From contig OX597815.1 in the NCBI GenBank assembly GCA_951406725.2, forward strand, positions 190,402,001-190,466,000: 64,000 bases of DNA. Direction: 5' to 3'. This DNA comes from Octopus vulgaris (lineage: Eukaryota). This document shows positions 58,226 to 64,000 of this stretch, one piece after another; position 1 is the stretch's first letter, and each line of letters begins with the position of its first letter. The translations under genes were made by a program, and so were the position numbers. Under the pieces are notes generated by a model. The model worked only from the letters and a program-made list of their open reading frames with translations, did not search any database and had not been told where the DNA came from.

Positions 58226-58763
58226 CATCGTGATTATTATTACTATTACTATTATTATTATCATTATTATTATTATTATTATTATTACTATTACTATTAT
58301 CATTATCATTATTATTATTATTATCATTATTATTATTATTATCATCATTATTATTATTATTATCATGATTATTATTACTATTACTATTATTATTATCATT
58401 ATTATTATCACGATTATTATTACTATTACTATTACTATTATTATTATCATTATTATTATCATTATTATTATTATTATTATCACGATTATTATTACTATTA
58501 CTATTATTATTATTATTATTATTATCATGATTATTATTACTATTGCTATTATTATTATCATTATTATTATCATTATTATTATCATTATTATTATCATTAT
58601 TGCTATTACTATTACTATTATTATTATCATTATTATTATCATCATCATCATCATTATCATCATCATTATTATTATTATTATTATTATTATCATTACTATT
58701 ATTATTATTATTATTATTATTATTATCATTGTTATTACTATTATCATCATCATCATTATCATC
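57066..58763. repeat. 1.7-kb (ATT)n array with ATC/ACT/ATG/GCT variants
   Basis: Direct. Confidence 0.97.
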
Positions 58764-59262
58764 AGTACCAGCAACAGCAGCAGTTTCAATATGCATCAGC
58801 CCTAAAAACCACCGATACTTCTCTATACTACCACCATCACCACTGCTGCCACCACCACCACCACCACCAATACCACCACCACCACCATCATAATCACATC
58901 GCCACTTCACAAAACAACACTTGCATGAATCATAAATGAGAGATGACTTCAACCAAGTTATTCGCTGAAAGATATCAGCAGTGGGTACCAACATACAAGT
59001 CAGCAATCCAAGCTGCTTCCATATCAATATCACACACACAGGCATTAACTGGGATAGCTAACCTTTATTTATTTATTTATTTTATTTATTTGTATATTTT
59101 TATCCTTATTTATTTTCCTTCATTTCCCTTTCAATTTCAGAGCCAATGACGAGCAGTTCAGACAACTGTATTACAGTCTATATTTCACACTTGGTTGTAG
59201 TCTGTGTTCTTACTTCAATTATGCACTGGCTCTGACAATGATTATTTATTATTATTATAGTA

Positions 59263-59645
59263 GAGGCGCAATGGCCCAGTGGTTAGGACAGTGGACTTGC
59301 AGTTGAAGGATCACGGTTTCGATTCCCAGACCAGGCATTGTGAGTGTTTATTGAGCAAAAACACCTAAAGCTCCACGAGGCTCCGGCAGGGGGTGGTGGC
59401 GAACCCTGCTGTACTCCTTCACCACAACTTTCTCTCAATCTTTCTTCCTGTTTCTGTTGTACCTGTATTTCAAAGGGTCAAACTTGTCCCACTCTGTGTC
59501 ATGCTGAATCTCCCTGAGAACTACGTTAAAGGTACATGTGTCTGTGGAGTACTCAGCCACTTGCACATTAATTTCATGAGCAGGCTGTTCTGTTGATCAG
59601 ATCAACTGGAACTCTCATCATCATAACTGACAGAGTGCCACAACA

Positions 59646-59646
<1 letters not shown>
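59263..59646 (+). mobile_element. SINE family D (tRNA-like head), full length
   Basis: tggcccagtgg A-box, ggtttcgattccc B-box, flanked by ATT tracts. Confidence 0.85.
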
Positions 59647-59677
<31 letters not shown>

Positions 59678-59793
59678 CATCATTATTACTATCATCATAA
59701 TTATTGTTGTTGTTGTTGCTGTTAATATTAGCATTATTTTGCAGCTGTTAATAATAAGTGGCTTTCGATTTACAACTATGTACAATATATGGA

Positions 59794-59830
<37 letters not shown>

Positions 59831-59945
59831 ATCTAGATACGAATATAAACTATACTTATAGATATAGATATAATTACATATATATGTGTGTGTGTGTGTA
59901 TACATATATATATATATATATATATATATGGATGTGTGTGTGGGA

Positions 59946-59984
<39 letters not shown>

Positions 59985-60000
59985 GGTGTAGGTATGGTAA

Positions 60001-60160
60001 TAGGTGCAGGTATGGCTGCATGGTAAGACGCTTGCTTCCCAACCACATAGTTCCGAGTTCAGTCCCACTGTGTGGCACCTCAGACAAGTGTCTTCTACTA
60101 TAACCTCAGGCTGACCAAAGTTTGGGAGTGGACTTGGTAGACAGACACTGAAAGAAGTCC

Positions 60161-60165
<5 letters not shown>
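60001..60165 (+). mobile_element. SINE family B 5' part
   Basis: Family match. Confidence 0.8.
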
Positions 60166-60199
<34 letters not shown>

Positions 60200-60202
<3 letters not shown>

Positions 60203-60236
60203 TATACACATATGTATATGCACATACTTACATCTC

Positions 60237-60272
<36 letters not shown>

Positions 60273-60530
60273 TATGTGGGGCACAGACGTCATGAAACAT
60301 GTACAATAAAATAAAAATACGAAGTACAAGTACATGGAATGTGAAGTACTTTTTCGAACAACGAAACACATAAATGGAAAACAAAACAAACAACATAAAG
60401 AACGACCCTTCATCAGTTGTTGGCTGTTTTTCTGTTCTTGTATTTCAAGCATTTAACAACAATATACGCCTTTGATAAAACTGTTGCTCCCGCAAAGCAA
60501 ATTAAATAAAATTTGAGATTTTGGCAGAAA
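60200..60530 (-). mobile_element. Short PLE-terminus-like element (related to 11918-12252)
   Basis: CTGATGA on the minus strand at 60410-60416; shared body. Confidence 0.5.
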
Positions 60531-60857
60531 AATATATAATCCTTATGAACTTACATGAGTCATGAGGCTACCTGAACTCCAGGACAGAAGCCATGGGGAG
60601 TTATCCACATTTTCAGAAATTTTTACTTCAAAATCGGAGAACCTAGTTATCAAGCGAAGGAAGACAACTCACCTGGCCATAATTTTTTAAGAGGAATATT
60701 TCTTGAACTATTGCCAGCGTTCTTGTGTTTTAAAAAACATTCTTTGCAGAGAACAGTTATCATTTAGAGAAACTGAAGAGATGTCTAGTTCATGCTAGAC
60801 ATGAAACCAATGGTTTTTTACTAAAACTGTTACTTTACGCATACAAATATATATAAA

Positions 60858-60896
<39 letters not shown>

Positions 60897-60920
60897 TACA
60901 TGCATACACACGATAGATTG

Positions 60921-61110
60921 TTAGCCTCTACACACAATTTTTCTCTCGTTGCTTCTCTCGTTGCTTCTCTCCTTGTTTCTCTCCTTGCTTTTTTCTGTGT
61001 TCCTTTCTGTAGAAGAGCATAGGCTTGAAACGTAAAAGACTTTTTTATTCCTGAGCATTATACTAATACATCTGTTTGTTTTGTACACCACCTGTCTTCG
61101 TCTTTTATTT
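60921..61110 (+). mobile_element. Short HHR-bearing element (CUGUNGA family)
   Basis: 61003-61038: cttt CTGTAGA a gagc atag gctt GAAA cg TA aaag; ends at a long (TA)n. Confidence 0.7.
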
Positions 61111-61126
61111 TTTTCGTAAACTCTCC

Positions 61127-61222
<96 letters not shown>

Positions 61223-62297
61223 CATGCACACTTATATATTAGTTTGTGACACTGAATAAATTTAATAAAAGCATCTAAATATGAAACATCATGAAAATTG
61301 TTCAAACTGAAGTCCTTCTTGAGTGACACATTTTTCCATTCGTGTCAATACAGAATTACAAATAGTATTTATGGAATTTGGATTTACTGTTGGACGACTT
61401 TTAGCCAACCCTGTATATTAGGAATATCCTGGGCATGTTAGGTTAGTAATACACATCCACAGAATGTAGAATGTATTAAATTCACTCAGAAGATATATTA
61501 AACTCACTCACAATAAGAAACTAATATTTTTTCTCTTTCGCTATAAAAGTGCATTGCATTCGTTCTGCGACAGCAACATACACCATAGCTAGTTGCACCA
61601 TATCAGCTCTGGGCGGTTGGCTCGATAATAAGAGAATGATTAGAATAAGAAATGAAGGGGAGTAACATTCCACCAACATGCATCCAGCATTTATTATTTT
61701 CGTGGTGAGAAGTCGGATGTATAACTTCATTGGAAATTCATTAACAGAAACTAATTGTCTTTATAATAATTCTTTTCTAGCAATATCATGATACAATCTG
61801 GCCATAATTTGTTTTCGAATCTAATCATACACACTGAGAAACAAAGATTAAATCTGGTCGAAGTCTGAAACTATTTGCATAACAATATCAGCTGGTGTTT
61901 TACAACAGAGCTGATATACAACTGAATTAAGCAAGCACAATTATCTGCTGTTTTTAATTTGGAATTTATGCATAAAATAAAATTCATTTCTTATTTTGCA
62001 ATTTATACAATTTATGGAATATTAGAAATTCTGTTTATATTAGAAAATTCTGCATGGTAATTTATCAAATTTGCAATTTGTATAGGAATTGCTTAAAATT
62101 TGGATATTTTGTTTTTGAATGATATGTCAGAGTAAATAGGTGCAGAAAGGTAGCATGGTGCACTGCGTGAGACATTAAATACTATATGCCCACTATATGT
62201 CACTGATGCATATGCATGTGTGTGTGGTGTGTGCATGTGTGTGCTTGTGTGTATGAGTGTGTGTGTGTGTGCATGAATTTGTGTGTTTGTATGTGTG

Positions 62298-62674
62298 CAT
62301 CGTCATCATCATCATTGTCATCATCATCATAGTCACCATCGTTGTCATTGTTGTCGTCATCATCAGCAGTAGTAGTAGCAGTATCAGCATCATCATCATC
62401 ATCATCATCGTCGTTGTTGTTGTTGTCATCGTCATCATCATTGTCATCATCATCTTCATCACTGTTGTCATGGTGGTCATCATTATCATCATCATCGTCG
62501 TCATTATCACTGTTATCATTATCATCATCATCATTATTGTCATCATTATCACCGGCATCATCATTATCAGCAGCAGCAGCAGTATCAGCATCATCATCAT
62601 CATCATCGTCGTCGTCTTTGTTGTCATTGTCATCATCATCATCATCATCATCACCATTGCTGTTGTTGTCATAG

Positions 62675-62718
<44 letters not shown>
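62298..62718. repeat. (ATC/GTC/GTT)n microsatellite
   Basis: Direct. Confidence 0.95.
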
Positions 62719-62719
<1 letters not shown>

Positions 62720-62844
62720 CAATCTGGCTGCTGCTGTTGCAAATCTATCAATGATGTGCTGGATGCCTATGAGTGTATGAAAAACTTGAGCACAATCATT
62801 TCCAAACAGTAAGTCATATCTTCTGAGATGTAACTTTAGTCTTT

Positions 62845-63222
62845 CAGTTCTATAATTAAGAGGTGAGGAATTATGTACATTATTTACATTATTTACATTA
62901 TTTACATTTGACGGATATTTGTCCTCATCTTGTTTGTTGTTAATACAACATTTCGGCTGATATACCCTCCAGACTTCTTCAGGTGTCTTGGGGAAATTTC
63001 GAACCTGGGTTCTCATTCCTAAGGTATTTTTCAATGTTGCTGTTGTTATTATCATCATCATCATTATTATTATTATTATCATTCAAATCACTGCCTGGAA
63101 TTAAACTCGGAATCTCGGCATAGTAGTTAAGAGCAAGCATATGGCGTAGGGGTTAAGAGCACAGGCTACTAACCCCAAGATTCCAAATTTAAATCTGGTC
63201 GAAATTTGATTCCAGGCAGTGA

Positions 63223-63264
<42 letters not shown>

Positions 63265-63471
63265 TGATGATGATGATGATAATGATGATAATAATAATAA
63301 TAATAATAATAAACATTGAAAAATACCTTAGGAATGAGAACCCAGGTTCTAAATTTCCCCAAGACACCTGATGAAGGCTGGAGAGTATATCTGCCGAAAT
63401 GTTGTGTTAACAACAAACAAGATGAGGACAAATATCTTTCAAATGTAAATAATGTAAATAATGTACATAAT
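62845..63471. mobile_element. Head-to-head inverted pair of tRNA-headed HHR elements
   Basis: Minus copy 62845-63116 (HHR 62942-62987); plus copy about 63117-63471 (HHR 63363-63408). Confidence 0.82.
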
Positions 63472-63542
63472 GAACTTTAGTCTTTGCTTTGAATCGCTGT
63501 TGGTTGAAGTTGCAGATAGAAGATACAGATAGAAAGCCAAAC

Positions 63543-63576
<34 letters not shown>

Positions 63577-63577
63577 G

Positions 63578-63608
<31 letters not shown>

Positions 63609-63854
63609 GTAGATACATAGAGAGATTGATAAATAGATAAAGAGACAGACAGACAGATAGATTAAATGCTTTTTTCTAGATGAGAAACTCAAAGTAATGT
63701 AGTATATAATTCTCATTGGAAGATGTCTTCAGACAAAATAATCGCAATAAATATCTTGGAAACTCTAATGGAGGGATATGTTTTCCATTTCTTTCTCACT
63801 GGTTTTTAAATCATTGGCTGCAAAAGCCTCTCTGCAGCAAACATCTCTCATTAA

Positions 63855-64000
63855 CCCTTTCATTACTGTATTTCTGTCGAGATGCTCTATGTTTCTTTCA
63901 ATTAATTTTAGTAAAATAACTTAGTTATTATTCAGCTAGTGTTAGGAACATAAATTGTGACTAAGGTTTGGTGGAAGATTTTAATTGAGAACTTATGAAA
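63855..64000 (-). mobile_element. piggyBac-like MITE, runs off the window
   Basis: TTAA|ccctttcattac start; matches 55463-55635. Confidence 0.8.

Noticed and set aside
56816-59045. 600-677 aa ORFs (poly-Ile, Asn/Asp-rich)
   Set aside because: Stop-free frames are expected in ATT/AAT arrays; no domain content.
59263-59335. tRNA gene-like sequence
   Set aside because: No proper acceptor stem and continues into a SINE body; the same applies to the heads of families A, B and the HHR family.
60550-61730. Minus-strand donor-like sites and a 69-aa ORF
   Set aside because: No recognisable homology or coherent exon chain.
62193-62754. Asp-rich ORF resembling an acidic biomineralisation protein
   Set aside because: Imperfect (GAT)n microsatellite running into a CA tract; no signal peptide or splice support.

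Overview
AT-rich, repeat-saturated eukaryotic DNA. The SINE families and the extreme (TA)n/(ATT)n/(CA)n load suggest a cephalopod such as Octopus; this is inference, not a search result. No intact protein-coding gene is visible, and nearly all listed ORFs are microsatellite or SINE artefacts. The window holds three tRNA-headed SINE families (A, B, D), an RTE-like 3' family with a (GAT)n tail, and CR1, RTE, mariner, Tc1-like and Penelope (PLE) relics. It also holds non-autonomous Helitrons, a Helentron-like element, piggyBac-like and Tigger-like MITEs, and many long inverted repeats. The main signal is about a dozen minimal type I hammerhead ribozyme (HHR) motifs from at least six sequence families, mostly in short elements abutting (TA)n tracts and often with a PLE-style inverted partial copy. 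Three stand out: (i) a tRNA-headed, SINE-like family carrying an HHR (four copies, found as inverted pairs); (ii) an HHR with the core 3-8 pair swapped from C-G to G-C; (iii) a family with a CUGUNGA core. A decayed PLE RT/GIY-YIG element at about 30.75-33.3 kb is a plausible relative of the mobilising partner. All structures were read by eye and element boundaries are approximate.
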